The position numbers were made by a program, and so were the translations under genes. The notes under the pieces are model-generated. The model worked only from the letters and a program-made list of their open reading frames with translations. It was not told where the DNA came from and ran no database searches. Of a stretch of 31,661 nt of DNA, positions 18,584-27,124 are shown in pieces (position 1 is the first letter of the stretch; each line of letters begins with the position of its first letter). Source of the stretch: Solirubrobacteraceae bacterium (GTDB lineage Bacteria; Actinomycetota; Thermoleophilia; Solirubrobacterales; Solirubrobacteraceae); the NCBI GenBank assembly GCA_035264745.1, contig DATFPO010000213.1, positions 1 to 31,661 of the forward strand, given 5' to 3'.

Positions 18584-19135
18584 TTAGGCTTTTCGCGGCC
18601 GGCGCTCGCGGGCCGCGCGGGCGGCCGAGCCGAGGGCCTGCGCGGCTCCCGGTCGCCCCTCCCGGACCATTGCCTTGGCCCGGTGGTGGGCCTCGCCGCC
18701 GCCCCAGCCGACCGCGACCGCGCCCGCCTCCCAGACCGCCTCGGCCAGATCCCGGTCGCCCGCCGCCTGGGCCTGCGCGGCCAGCGAGATGACGTCGGCG
18801 AGCTCCGCCACCGCCTCCAGGTCGCCCAGGTGGGCCAGGCGCGACAGGCCCAGCGCGTACAGCTGGTCGCCTAGCAGGAGCGCCAGGTTGGGGTCGCCGG
18901 GATGTACCAGCGCACCCGCCTGCTCGTAGTGCAGCCGGTAGCCCTCGTGGATCATGTCGATCAGCAGTTCGTACTCGGCTCGCCGTCCGTCCACCCGCGG
19001 CCCGGCGGCCGCCAGCCTCGCCGGGCCGTCGGGCGCGTCGTCGGCGGGCTCCCGCACGACGGCCGCGAGCAGGGGGCCCTGGTCGAGTAGCTCGCGGTAC
19101 AGCCGCCGCAGCCCGTCCGCCGGCGCCGCGCTCAT
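18584..19135 (-). CDS. Hypothetical protein; probable catalytically inactive trans-prenyltransferase-fold (HepS-like) subunit
   Basis: IDMIHEGYRLHYE and LALLLGDQLYALGLSRLA align with VELVHSATLVHDD and ATATGDLLFSRAFAELA of hepT; ATGA overlap with hemL. CDS confident, function inferred. Confidence 0.7.
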   Translation of the reverse strand: MSAAPADGLRRLYRELLDQGPLLAAVVREPADDAPDGPARLAAAGPRVDGRRAEYELLIDMIHEGYRLHYEQAGALVHPGDPNLALLLGDQLYALGLSRLAHLGDLEAVAELADVISLAAQAQAAGDRDLAEAVWEAGAVAVGWGGGEAHHRAKAMVREGRPGAAQALGSAARAARERRPRKA

Positions 19136-20415
19136 GGCACCCGCTCGAACGCCGCGGCCGCGGCCGCGGCCGTGCGCTCGACATCCGCGTCGGTGTGCGC
19201 TAGCGACGGAAACCAGGCCTCGAACTGCGACGGCGGCGGATAGACGCCGTGCTTGAGCAGCGCCCGGCACCAGGCGGCATGGGCCGCCAGATCGCACTCC
19301 CGCGCCCCAGCGTAGTCGCGAACCGGGTCCGGGCTGAAGAAGACCGTGAGCAGCCCCGGGGCGCTCTGGACCTGGACCGGGCGGTCGCCGGCCGCGGCCC
19401 GGAGGGCGTCGGCCAGAGCCTGGGTGAGCTGACCGAGCCGGATGTAAGCGTCGTCGTCGAGCAGGGACAGGGCCACGATGCCGGCGGCCGCCGCCACCGG
19501 ATTCCCGGACAGCGTCCCCGCCTGGTAGACGTCGCCGGCCGGCGCGATTCGCTCCATCAGCTCGCGGCGGCCGCCGAACGCCGCGCCGGGAAGGCCGCCG
19601 CCGATGATCTTGCCCATGACGGTCAGGTCGGGCCGCACGCCGGCCAGCTCCTGCGCGCCGCCCCGCGCCACCCGGAAGCCCGAGATCACCTCATCGAAGA
19701 TCAGCAGGCAGCCGTTGGCGTCGGCCGCCGCCCGCAACGACTCCAGGAACCCCGGCTCGGGCGGGACCAGGCCCATGTTGGCCGGGTAGGGCTCGGCCAG
19801 GATCGCCGCCAGGTCGTGCTCGTCCACCGCCGCCTCCAGCGCCGCCCGGTCGTTCCAGGGGATCACCACGGTCTGGGCCGCGACCTGGGCCGGAACGCCG
19901 GGGCTGGCGGGTATCCCCTGCGTGGCCAGGCCCGAGCCCGCCGCCGCCAGCAGCCCGTCGACATGGCCGTGATAGGCGCCGGCGAACCTGAGCACCAGGT
20001 CGCGGCCGGTCACCGCGCGGGCCAGCCGGACCGCGCTCATCGCGGCCTCCGTCCCCGATGAGGTCATGCGCACCATCTCCACCCCCGGCACGCGCTGTAC
20101 CAGCTCGGCGGCCAGCTCCACCTCGACCGCGGTCGGGGCCCCGAAGCTGGTCCCCCGCTCGGCGGCGGCCTGGATCGCGGCGACCACCGCGGCCGGCGCG
20201 TGGCCGTGGACCAGCGGCCCCCAGGAGCACACCCAGTCCAGGTAGCGGTTGCCGTCCACGTCGACGATCTCCGCTCCCTCCCCCCGCTCGATGAACAGCG
20301 GGTCGCGGCCGATCGAGCGCATGGCCCGGACCGGCGAGTTGACGCCCCCGGGCAGCAGGCCGACGGCGCGCGCGTACAGCCGCTTTGAACCGGCGTCGGT
20401 CAGCGGCATGGTCAT
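19132..20415 (-). CDS. hemL: Glutamate-1-semialdehyde 2,1-aminomutase
   Basis: PGGVNSPVRA, DWVCSWGP, SFGAPT, SSGTEA, YHGHVD, IFDEVISGFR, MGKIIGGGLP, YQAGTLSGNP, PPSQFEAWF. Confidence 0.98.
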   Translation of the reverse strand: MTMPLTDAGSKRLYARAVGLLPGGVNSPVRAMRSIGRDPLFIERGEGAEIVDVDGNRYLDWVCSWGPLVHGHAPAAVVAAIQAAAERGTSFGAPTAVEVELAAELVQRVPGVEMVRMTSSGTEAAMSAVRLARAVTGRDLVLRFAGAYHGHVDGLLAAAGSGLATQGIPASPGVPAQVAAQTVVIPWNDRAALEAAVDEHDLAAILAEPYPANMGLVPPEPGFLESLRAAADANGCLLIFDEVISGFRVARGGAQELAGVRPDLTVMGKIIGGGLPGAAFGGRRELMERIAPAGDVYQAGTLSGNPVAAAAGIVALSLLDDDAYIRLGQLTQALADALRAAAGDRPVQVQSAPGLLTVFFSPDPVRDYAGARECDLAAHAAWCRALLKHGVYPPPSQFEAWFPSLAHTDADVERTAAAAAAAFERVP

Positions 20416-20499
20416 GGCCGCTAGCTTCCCGGATCGGGCGCCGCTGCGCCGTCCGGCTCGCCCCCGCCCGACTGTCAGGCCCGGCGGGCCGTCCGCGCC

Positions 20500-21582
20500 T
20501 CAGGCGTGCTCGCGCTCCCAGCGCCGGAAGTCGTCGGTGAAATACAGGAGGCGGACCTTCTTGTACTCGGTCGAGGAGTACAGCGTCGCCCTCTCCTGGA
20601 TCCCGGTTCCCTCGGCGATCGAGTCCAAGACCGCGTCGCACTCCTCCTGGGAGCGGCCGTGGGCCATGGTGAAGATCGAGTACGGCCAGTCGCGATAGGT
20701 CGGGCGCTGGTAGCAGTGCGAGATGCCGCGGAAGGCGGCCATTTGGGGGCCCAGCTCGGCGATGCGCTCGTCGGGCACGTTCCACACCCCCATGCCGTTG
20801 GCCGAGAACCCGGCACGGCGGTGGTAGAGGATCCCGGCCACGCGGCGCAGCAGGCCGCGCTCGCGCATGCCGGTCATGTGGTCCAGCAGGCGTTCGACCG
20901 GCACCCCGAGCTGCGCGGCGGCCGGCGCGTAGGGCTCCGGCGCCACCGGCAGGTCGCCCTGCGTGGCCCGGATGACCGCCACGTCGAAGTCGTCGAAGGG
21001 CTGCTTCTCCAGCTCAGCCGGTTCCTGAGCCACCCCCGCCGAGGCCAACGCCTCGGTGCCGCCCTCCATCTCGAGGTCCATCCGGATCTTGAACAGCTTG
21101 AGGGTGGGCAGCTGGCGCACCGACTCGGCGCCGGTGAGGTCCCGCAGGAGGTCGAGCGTCCCGTCCAGCCCCAGGCGCGAGTCCTCCTCGACCGCGATCG
21201 TGAACCACAGGTTGAACTCGTGGTTGCGCAGGTAGTTGTGCGACACACCCGGGTGCGAGTTGATGACCTGCGCCGCCCGGTGCGGGTACTCGGGGTCCAC
21301 CTTGGCCGCGACCAGCATCGAGCGGTAGCCGAGGGCCCGCGTGTCGTAGATCGGCGTGACCTGGCGGATGATGCGCTCGTCGATCAGGCGCGATATCCGC
21401 CTGAGCGCCTCGTCCTCGTCGATGCCCGCGTCGGCCGCGATCCCGGCGTACGGCCGCGGCTGGAGCGGGAACCGGCTCTGGACGAGGTTGAGCAGCCGGC
21501 GGTCCAGGTCGTCCAGGGCGACCGCCGCCCCGCCGCGCCGCGAGCGGATCTTGGCAACCGGCGCTTGGCCGCGGGCGCTCAC
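20500..21582 (-). CDS. ahbAB: Fused siroheme decarboxylase AhbA-AhbB (NirDL/NirGH-like, two Lrp/AsnC-like halves)
   Basis: Half 1: Q.RFPL.PRPY...VSHNYLR.HEFNLWFTI. Half 2: QGDLPV.PEPY...HRRAGFSANGM.VW...ISHCYQRP...WPYSIFTMAHG. Located between hemB and hemL. Confidence 0.9.
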   Translation of the reverse strand: MSARGQAPVAKIRSRRGGAAVALDDLDRRLLNLVQSRFPLQPRPYAGIAADAGIDEDEALRRISRLIDERIIRQVTPIYDTRALGYRSMLVAAKVDPEYPHRAAQVINSHPGVSHNYLRNHEFNLWFTIAVEEDSRLGLDGTLDLLRDLTGAESVRQLPTLKLFKIRMDLEMEGGTEALASAGVAQEPAELEKQPFDDFDVAVIRATQGDLPVAPEPYAPAAAQLGVPVERLLDHMTGMRERGLLRRVAGILYHRRAGFSANGMGVWNVPDERIAELGPQMAAFRGISHCYQRPTYRDWPYSIFTMAHGRSQEECDAVLDSIAEGTGIQERATLYSSTEYKKVRLLYFTDDFRRWEREHA

Positions 21583-21595
21583 CCGGCGCGCCGCC

Positions 21596-22576
21596 TCAGA
21601 CCCGGGCCAGCCAGGACGCGACGTCCTTGGCGTGATAGGTGACGATGATGTCGGCGCCCGCGCGCCTGATCCCGGTGAGCGCCTCGAGCACCGCCGCCCG
21701 CTCGTCGAGGTGCCCCGCGGCGGCGGCCGCCTTGACCATGGCGTACTCCCCGCTCACGTTGTAGGCCGCCACCGGCAGGCGGACCGCGTCGCGGACGCGG
21801 GCGATGACGTCGAGGTACGGCAGCGCCGGCTTTACCATGACCATGTCGGCGCCCTCCTGCGCGTCCAGCAGCGCCTCGCGCACCGCCTCGCGGGCGTTGG
21901 GCGGGTCCATCTGGTACGAGCGCCGATCGCCGAACGCCGGCGCCGAGTCGGCCGCCTCGCGGAACGGCCCGTAGAACGCCGACGCGAACTTGGCCGAGTA
22001 GGCGATGATCGGGGTGTCGCTGAGCCCGTCCGCGTCCAGCTCGGCGCGGATCGTTCCCACCCGGCCGTCCATCATGTCGCTGGGCGCCACCGCGTCGGCC
22101 CCGGCGTGGGCCTGCGAGACCGCCGTGCGGGCCAGCAGCTCGACGCTGGCGTCATTGTCGACGCTGCCGTCCTCGCGCAGGCGGCCGCAGTGGCCGTGGT
22201 CGGTGTACTCGCACAGGCAGACGTCGGTGATCACCAGCAGCTCGGGGCGGGCCTCCTTGATGGCCCGGGTGGCGAGCTGCGCCACCCCCTCGTCGTCCCA
22301 GGCGCCGGACCCGTCGGCGTCCTTGGCGGCGGGGATCCCGAACAGCAGGACCGCCGGGATGCCGAGTTCGGCGGCCTCGGCCGCCTCCTCGACCGCCGCC
22401 GAGATCGACAGGCGGCTGATGCCCGGCATGGAGTCGATCGGCTGGCGCCCCTCGGCCCCCAGCGCCACGAACATCGGGTAGACCAGCCGGCGCACGTCGA
22501 GCTCGGTCTCCCGCACCAGCTCGCGCAGGACCCCGGACTTGCGCAGGCGCCGGAGGCGCGTTTGCGGAAAGGCCAT
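21596..22576 (-). CDS. hemB: Porphobilinogen synthase (Zn-type)
   Basis: [64 protein letters not shown]. Confidence 0.99.
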   Translation of the reverse strand: MAFPQTRLRRLRKSGVLRELVRETELDVRRLVYPMFVALGAEGRQPIDSMPGISRLSISAAVEEAAEAAELGIPAVLLFGIPAAKDADGSGAWDDEGVAQLATRAIKEARPELLVITDVCLCEYTDHGHCGRLREDGSVDNDASVELLARTAVSQAHAGADAVAPSDMMDGRVGTIRAELDADGLSDTPIIAYSAKFASAFYGPFREAADSAPAFGDRRSYQMDPPNAREAVREALLDAQEGADMVMVKPALPYLDVIARVRDAVRLPVAAYNVSGEYAMVKAAAAAGHLDERAAVLEALTGIRRAGADIIVTYHAKDVASWLARV

Positions 22577-22584
22577 CGAGGGTG

Positions 22585-22590
22585 AGGATA
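22585..22590 (-). promoter_or_regulatory. -10 (TATCCT) of probably leaderless hemB
   Basis: 8 nt before the hemB ATG; no Shine-Dalgarno. Confidence 0.55.
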
Positions 22591-22615
22591 CTTGGGGCCG
22601 GCTGCCCGGCCGGCG

Positions 22616-23557
22616 TCATCCGGCTCCGGGCGCGGTGGCGGGTCGTGGCCGGGTCACGACGATCTGGACCACCGCCAGGACCAGCACCGCCGCGGTCAGG
22701 AGCCGCTCGCTCTCGGGGATGGGGTGGAAGAAGGCGTAGATCTGGATCGCGATCGCGACGATCTGGGCGGCGACCGGCAGGATGATCGCGCGCCAGCCCA
22801 CCACGGGCGGAAGCTCGACGGGTCGCTCGCTCGGCTGCCAGGCGGCGAACGCGATCATCACCGCGCCGGCCGACCACAGGAAGTCGTACTTCCCCCCCGT
22901 GTAGGTGCGGGCGGCCGCCTGCACCGAGTACACCGCGTCCCCGAGCGCCGTCACCAGCAGCCCGAGACCGAGCAGGATCCACGTCCGGCCCGGCCGCCAC
23001 GCCGTGAGCGGAAGCAGGCCGACCACGGCCCCGATTAAGAGGAGGTCGGCGAGCGGATAGGCGAAGTTGAGCAGCTGGGGAAGGCCGCGCTGGACCGCCT
23101 GGCGGGCGGCCGGCTCGAGCACCAGGCTGACGCCGGGGATGGCGACCAGCACCACGATCGCCAGGCCGTCGATCCACCGGTGCAGCTCGAACCGGGGGAT
23201 CCGATCGAGGACCAGCAGGACCAGGCCCGCGATCGCGAACGGGTACCAGAGGATCCAGAAGATGTCGGCCGGGCTGGGCAGCGGGATCGAGCTGGTGTAG
23301 ACGAAGCTGGCGATCGCCTCGCCCGTGCCGAACCAGGTCAGCGCCAACCCGAAGCACACCCAGGCGCGTCCGCGCCGGCCCTGGGTGGCGCCGCGCACCA
23401 GGCACACCGCGCCTGAGGCGAACACCAGGGCGACGTGCACCCAGGTGGAGAAGAACTCGTTGATCGCCGAGTCGGGCGAGGTGACGACGTCGACGGCGAT
23501 CTCGCCGGCCAGCAGAGCCAGCAGCAGCGCCCCGACGACCCGACGCGCCGGGGACAT
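22616..23557 (-). CDS. Multi-TM protein resembling the membrane sensor region of actinobacterial GGDEF/EAL/HD-GYP proteins, without an output domain
   Basis: About nine TM segments with PSPADIFWILWYP, AYPLADLLL, LGDAVY, YDFLW; ends right after the last TM. TGATG overlap with the permease. Confidence 0.75.
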   Translation of the reverse strand: MSPARRVVGALLLALLAGEIAVDVVTSPDSAINEFFSTWVHVALVFASGAVCLVRGATQGRRGRAWVCFGLALTWFGTGEAIASFVYTSSIPLPSPADIFWILWYPFAIAGLVLLVLDRIPRFELHRWIDGLAIVVLVAIPGVSLVLEPAARQAVQRGLPQLLNFAYPLADLLLIGAVVGLLPLTAWRPGRTWILLGLGLLVTALGDAVYSVQAAARTYTGGKYDFLWSAGAVMIAFAAWQPSERPVELPPVVGWRAIILPVAAQIVAIAIQIYAFFHPIPESERLLTAAVLVLAVVQIVVTRPRPATAPGAG

Positions 23558-24897
23558 CAGCTCGCGAACCTGCGCATGGACAGCCGGGCGATCACCGCGA
23601 ACGCGACGGTCAGCGCCAGCAGGTGGAGCACCGGCAGGGCGATTCCGCCCGCCTGGTTGAGGGCGCCGTCCAGCGCTTGGAGAGCCGGCTTGAACGGGAA
23701 CAGGGCGCAGATCACGCGGATTACGGCGTAGAGACCCGACGACACCGCACCGCTGGGCACGAGGGCCAGGAAGGCGACCGGCAGCGAGAGCAGGAAGGCC
23801 AACAGCGACGCGGCTCGCACCTCGCGCGCCAGGCCACCGATCGCCACGCCCAGCGCCGCGAAGGACACCGCCCCGGCTGCGAGGGCCACCACCCACTGGG
23901 GGAAGCGGCTCCACTGCAGCCCCACGAGCAGCGCGATGCCGCACAGCATCACCAGCGCCACCAGGAACGCGCACGCCGCGGCCAGGCCGATCTTCTCGAC
24001 CAGTAGGCCGGCGCGCGAGACCAGGCCGCGCACCAGCCGGGTGAAGGCCCCCTCCTCGCGCTCCAGCGCCAGCATCCCCGAGGCCAGCAGGACCGTCACG
24101 AACATGAGCGACACGGCCACGGCCACGGCCACCGCGAACGAGCTCAGGGGCGTGGTGGCCCCCTTGAGCGCGATCCGCCTGACCTGGACCGGCTGCGCGA
24201 CGGTGGTGAGGACGTCGTTGGCCAGGTTCAGGTTGCTGACCGCCAGCCCGGCGAAGTCCCTGACCTGGATGAGCGGCGGGCGCTGGCGGGCGCCCGCCGG
24301 CAGCGTCTTCAGCGTGGCGGCGAGGATCGCCTCGGTCCGGCGCAGGCCCAGGATGTGGAGCGTGCGGCCGAGCAGCTCGAAGTCGCCGCCGTCCAGCAGC
24401 AGCCGGATGTCCTGGACGGCGATGTCCTTGAACTTGTCCGACAGGGCCGCGTTGGCGTCGGCCAGGCGCGAGTTGATGATCTGCTCGACGAAGCGGCCCT
24501 TCACCGGGTCCTCGTTGTTGTAGACGACCTCCACCTGGGCGCTCTGCAGCCCGGTGGACAGCTTCTGGGTGATGTCGGAGGGGATGACCAGGGCCGCGAG
24601 GACCTCGCCGGACCTCACCTTGCGGATCGCCGCTTCGCGGCTGTGCACCCGCACCGGCTGAATCGACCTGAACAGCTCGCTGGCATAGCGCGACGCGTCG
24701 ACCTTCTCGCCTCCCAGGCTGATGGTGTTCTGGCCGGGGGGGACGAGGTTGACGAACGCGACCTTGGGCTTGTCCGGGCCCCGGGAGAGCGCGAACCCGA
24801 TCAGCAGCGAGACCAGGACCGGGTAGAGCACCAGCAGCGCCACCAGCAGCGGGGAACGGCGCAGGATCTGGAGGTCCTTGAGCAGCAGCCAGCGCAT
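23557..24897 (-). CDS. ABC-2 type exporter permease with large extracytoplasmic loop
   Basis: LLLKDLQILRRSP, N-terminal TM, soluble loop (ALVIPSD), LALEREEGAFTRL, multi-TM C-terminus (LFPF). Confidence 0.9.
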   Translation of the reverse strand: MRWLLLKDLQILRRSPLLVALLVLYPVLVSLLIGFALSRGPDKPKVAFVNLVPPGQNTISLGGEKVDASRYASELFRSIQPVRVHSREAAIRKVRSGEVLAALVIPSDITQKLSTGLQSAQVEVVYNNEDPVKGRFVEQIINSRLADANAALSDKFKDIAVQDIRLLLDGGDFELLGRTLHILGLRRTEAILAATLKTLPAGARQRPPLIQVRDFAGLAVSNLNLANDVLTTVAQPVQVRRIALKGATTPLSSFAVAVAVAVSLMFVTVLLASGMLALEREEGAFTRLVRGLVSRAGLLVEKIGLAAACAFLVALVMLCGIALLVGLQWSRFPQWVVALAAGAVSFAALGVAIGGLAREVRAASLLAFLLSLPVAFLALVPSGAVSSGLYAVIRVICALFPFKPALQALDGALNQAGGIALPVLHLLALTVAFAVIARLSMRRFAS

Positions 24898-24907
24898 CCG
24901 CGACGGC

Positions 24908-25666
24908 TCAGTGTCCCCGCGCGTGCAGAAAGCGGACGAAGGCTTCCTCGAAGCCCAGATCCGAGCCGCCGACCTCCAGCTCCAGCGCGCGCGGCGTGCC
25001 GGTGAACAGAAGCTCGCCGTCGGCCAGCACCAGCACCCGGTCGGCGTGGCGCTCGGCCTCCTGGACGTTGTGGGTCGAGTAGACCACGGTCGTACCCCGC
25101 GCCCGGCGCTGGGCGATGAACTCCCACAGGCGCTCGCGCTGCCGGGGATCCAGCGCCGAGGAGGGCTCGTCGGCGAGCAGCACCGGCGGGTCCGCCAGCA
25201 GCCCGATGGCCACGTTGACCCGTTGCCGGTTGCCGCCCGAGAGCGTCGACAGCTCGTCGTCGGCGCGATCGGCCAGCCCGGTCTGCTCGAGCATCTGCCC
25301 CACCACGCCCTCCGGGTCGCCGACGCGCTCGAGCCGCGCGAACAGGCGCAGGTTCTCGGCGACCGAGAGCTTGGAGTAGACGCCGGCGTGCTGGGGAACC
25401 CAGCCCACCCCGTCGAGCCCCTCGACCTGCCCGTCGTCCGGCGATTGGATGCCGGCCAGGATCGACAGCAGGGTGGTCTTGCCAGCGCCGTTGGGACCGA
25501 TCACCGCGACCAGCTCGCCGGACCGGACCTCGAAGGTCACGTCGCGCAGCGCGGCCCGCTCGGCGTAGCGCTTGCCCAGTCCGCGGGCCGCCAGGGCGAG
25601 GGCCCGGACGGGGGCGGGGGACGTTTGCTCGGACGGCGGGGCGGGTTCGGCTTCCGCGCGAGCCAT
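24908..25666 (-). CDS. ABC transporter ATP-binding protein
   Basis: Walker A GPNGAGKT, signature LSGGNRQR, Walker B LLADEP, H-loop STH; start ATG 25666. Confidence 0.95.
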   Translation of the reverse strand: MARAEAEPAPPSEQTSPAPVRALALAARGLGKRYAERAALRDVTFEVRSGELVAVIGPNGAGKTTLLSILAGIQSPDDGQVEGLDGVGWVPQHAGVYSKLSVAENLRLFARLERVGDPEGVVGQMLEQTGLADRADDELSTLSGGNRQRVNVAIGLLADPPVLLADEPSSALDPRQRERLWEFIAQRRARGTTVVYSTHNVQEAERHADRVLVLADGELLFTGTPRALELEVGGSDLGFEEAFVRFLHARGH

Positions 25667-25673
25667 CGTGCGG

Positions 25674-25679
25674 AGGCTA
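25674..25679 (-). promoter_or_regulatory. Putative -10 (TAGCCT) of a leaderless ABC operon; its TAG is the AI-2E stop codon
   Basis: Exactly 7 nt before ATG 25666; no Shine-Dalgarno. Confidence 0.5.
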
Positions 25680-27062
25680 CCCGCCGGCGGCGACCGCCGG
25701 CCGCAGCGGCGCGCCGCAGGTGCGGCAGAAGGCGTCGCCCGGGGCGGGCGCCGCTCCACACTGCTCGCACGGCGCAGCCGGTGGGCCCTCCGGCAGGTGA
25801 CCGCCGTCCGCGACCAGGAGGGCCGCATCGGTCCGGCTCCATGGCTCGAGCACGAGGTGGCGTCGCAGGTAGAGCAGCGTTTCGCGGGCCACCGCGATCA
25901 ACGGGAGGGCGATGAAGGCTCCGAGGAGCCCGTAGAGCTCGGCCCCCAACAGCAGCGCGAAGATGACCAGCAGCGGGTTGATCCGCAGCGAGTGGCCGAA
26001 CACCTGGGGGGCGACGACGTGCCCCTCCAGCTGCTGGATGCCGATGAACAGCAGCACCACCCACACCGCGGTGAGCGGGTCCTGGAACAGCGCCACCAGG
26101 ACCGGGGGGAGCGCCCCCAGCGTCGGCCCGACATACGGGACCAGCTCCATGAGGCCGAAGAAGATCCCGAAGAACAGGGCATAGCGCTGGCCGTCGGGGA
26201 AGATCCCGACCGCGCCGAAGATCCACAGCGCGATCCCCACGCTGAGGCCCATGATCACCGAGAACAGCAGCTGCCCGCGCACGTAGCCGGACACCGCCTT
26301 CTGAGCGCGCAGCGCATAGTCGTCCTCGGGTGAACCGTCGCCGGGTGGCATGACCTCGCGCACCACCCTGCCGATTCGCGGCGCGTACAGGAGCATGTAG
26401 ACCGAGATGACGATCACCAGCACCAGGCCGAGGCCGGTCTCGACCACCCGGGTCACCAGGTCCTGGCCCAGTGCGATGAGGCTGCCCGAGCCGCTGAGCA
26501 CCTTGCGCTGCAGCGTGGTCAGGGCCGTCTCCCCCTGGCGCTTGACCTGGATCCCGATCCCTTGGGCATCGAGCCAGCCCTGGGCCGACGCCAGCGAGCG
26601 GTTCGCCGAGTTGACCAGGCCCGGGACGTCCCGCTGGAGCGATCTCACCTGTTCGCTGACCGGGTTGACCAGCAGGGCGACCGCCCCGGCGACCGCCACG
26701 AAGAAGCCGATGTACACGGCGGCCACCGCGAGTCCCCGCGGCACGTGCAGCCGGCGCTGGCCCAGGGGGCGCTGGACCAGCTTGACCAGGGGGTTGAGGA
26801 TCAGCGCGATGACCGTGGCCACCAGGAAGATGAGCAGCGCCGTACCCGCGGCCCGCGCCAGGCTCCACAGCGCCAGGGCGCCGAGCAGGACCGCGACCAG
26901 CTGGATCCAGCGCGGCACGACCATCGGCTCGGCCCGAGCCGGCGGTGGAGGCAGCTCCGCCTCCGGCGGCCCCAGATGCTCCTGGGGCCCGGACTCGTCG
27001 GGATCCGGGTCCAGCCTCGACGACGGCTCGTCGGTCAGGCGCTGTTCCTCGGGTTGGCCCAC
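25677..27062 (-). CDS. AI-2E (PerM/TqsA/UPF0118) family permease with C-terminal double Zn ribbon
   Basis: ALILNPLV, SGYVRGQL, ELVPYVGP, IQQLEGHVVAPQVFG, INPLLVIFALLLG; tail CEQC...CRTC. Confidence 0.92.
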   Translation of the reverse strand: MGQPEEQRLTDEPSSRLDPDPDESGPQEHLGPPEAELPPPPARAEPMVVPRWIQLVAVLLGALALWSLARAAGTALLIFLVATVIALILNPLVKLVQRPLGQRRLHVPRGLAVAAVYIGFFVAVAGAVALLVNPVSEQVRSLQRDVPGLVNSANRSLASAQGWLDAQGIGIQVKRQGETALTTLQRKVLSGSGSLIALGQDLVTRVVETGLGLVLVIVISVYMLLYAPRIGRVVREVMPPGDGSPEDDYALRAQKAVSGYVRGQLLFSVIMGLSVGIALWIFGAVGIFPDGQRYALFFGIFFGLMELVPYVGPTLGALPPVLVALFQDPLTAVWVVLLFIGIQQLEGHVVAPQVFGHSLRINPLLVIFALLLGAELYGLLGAFIALPLIAVARETLLYLRRHLVLEPWSRTDAALLVADGGHLPEGPPAAPCEQCGAAPAPGDAFCRTCGAPLRPAVAAGG

Positions 27063-27124
27063 GTGGCTGACATCGGCGTCGACTGACTCCAGGGTAGGGG
27101 ATACCTGATGGACCGGAGCCCAGC

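Noticed and set aside
20500-21582. Lrp/AsnC transcriptional regulator
   Set aside because: Two tandem halves with Ahb/Nir-specific motifs and a position between hemB and hemL favour siroheme decarboxylase.
27035-27073. Out-of-frame ATG uORF (MSATWANPRNSA) over the AI-2E start
   Set aside because: Lacks the 7-9 nt leaderless geometry (TACCCT is 17 nt away) and has no clear in-transcript Shine-Dalgarno; compatible with chance.
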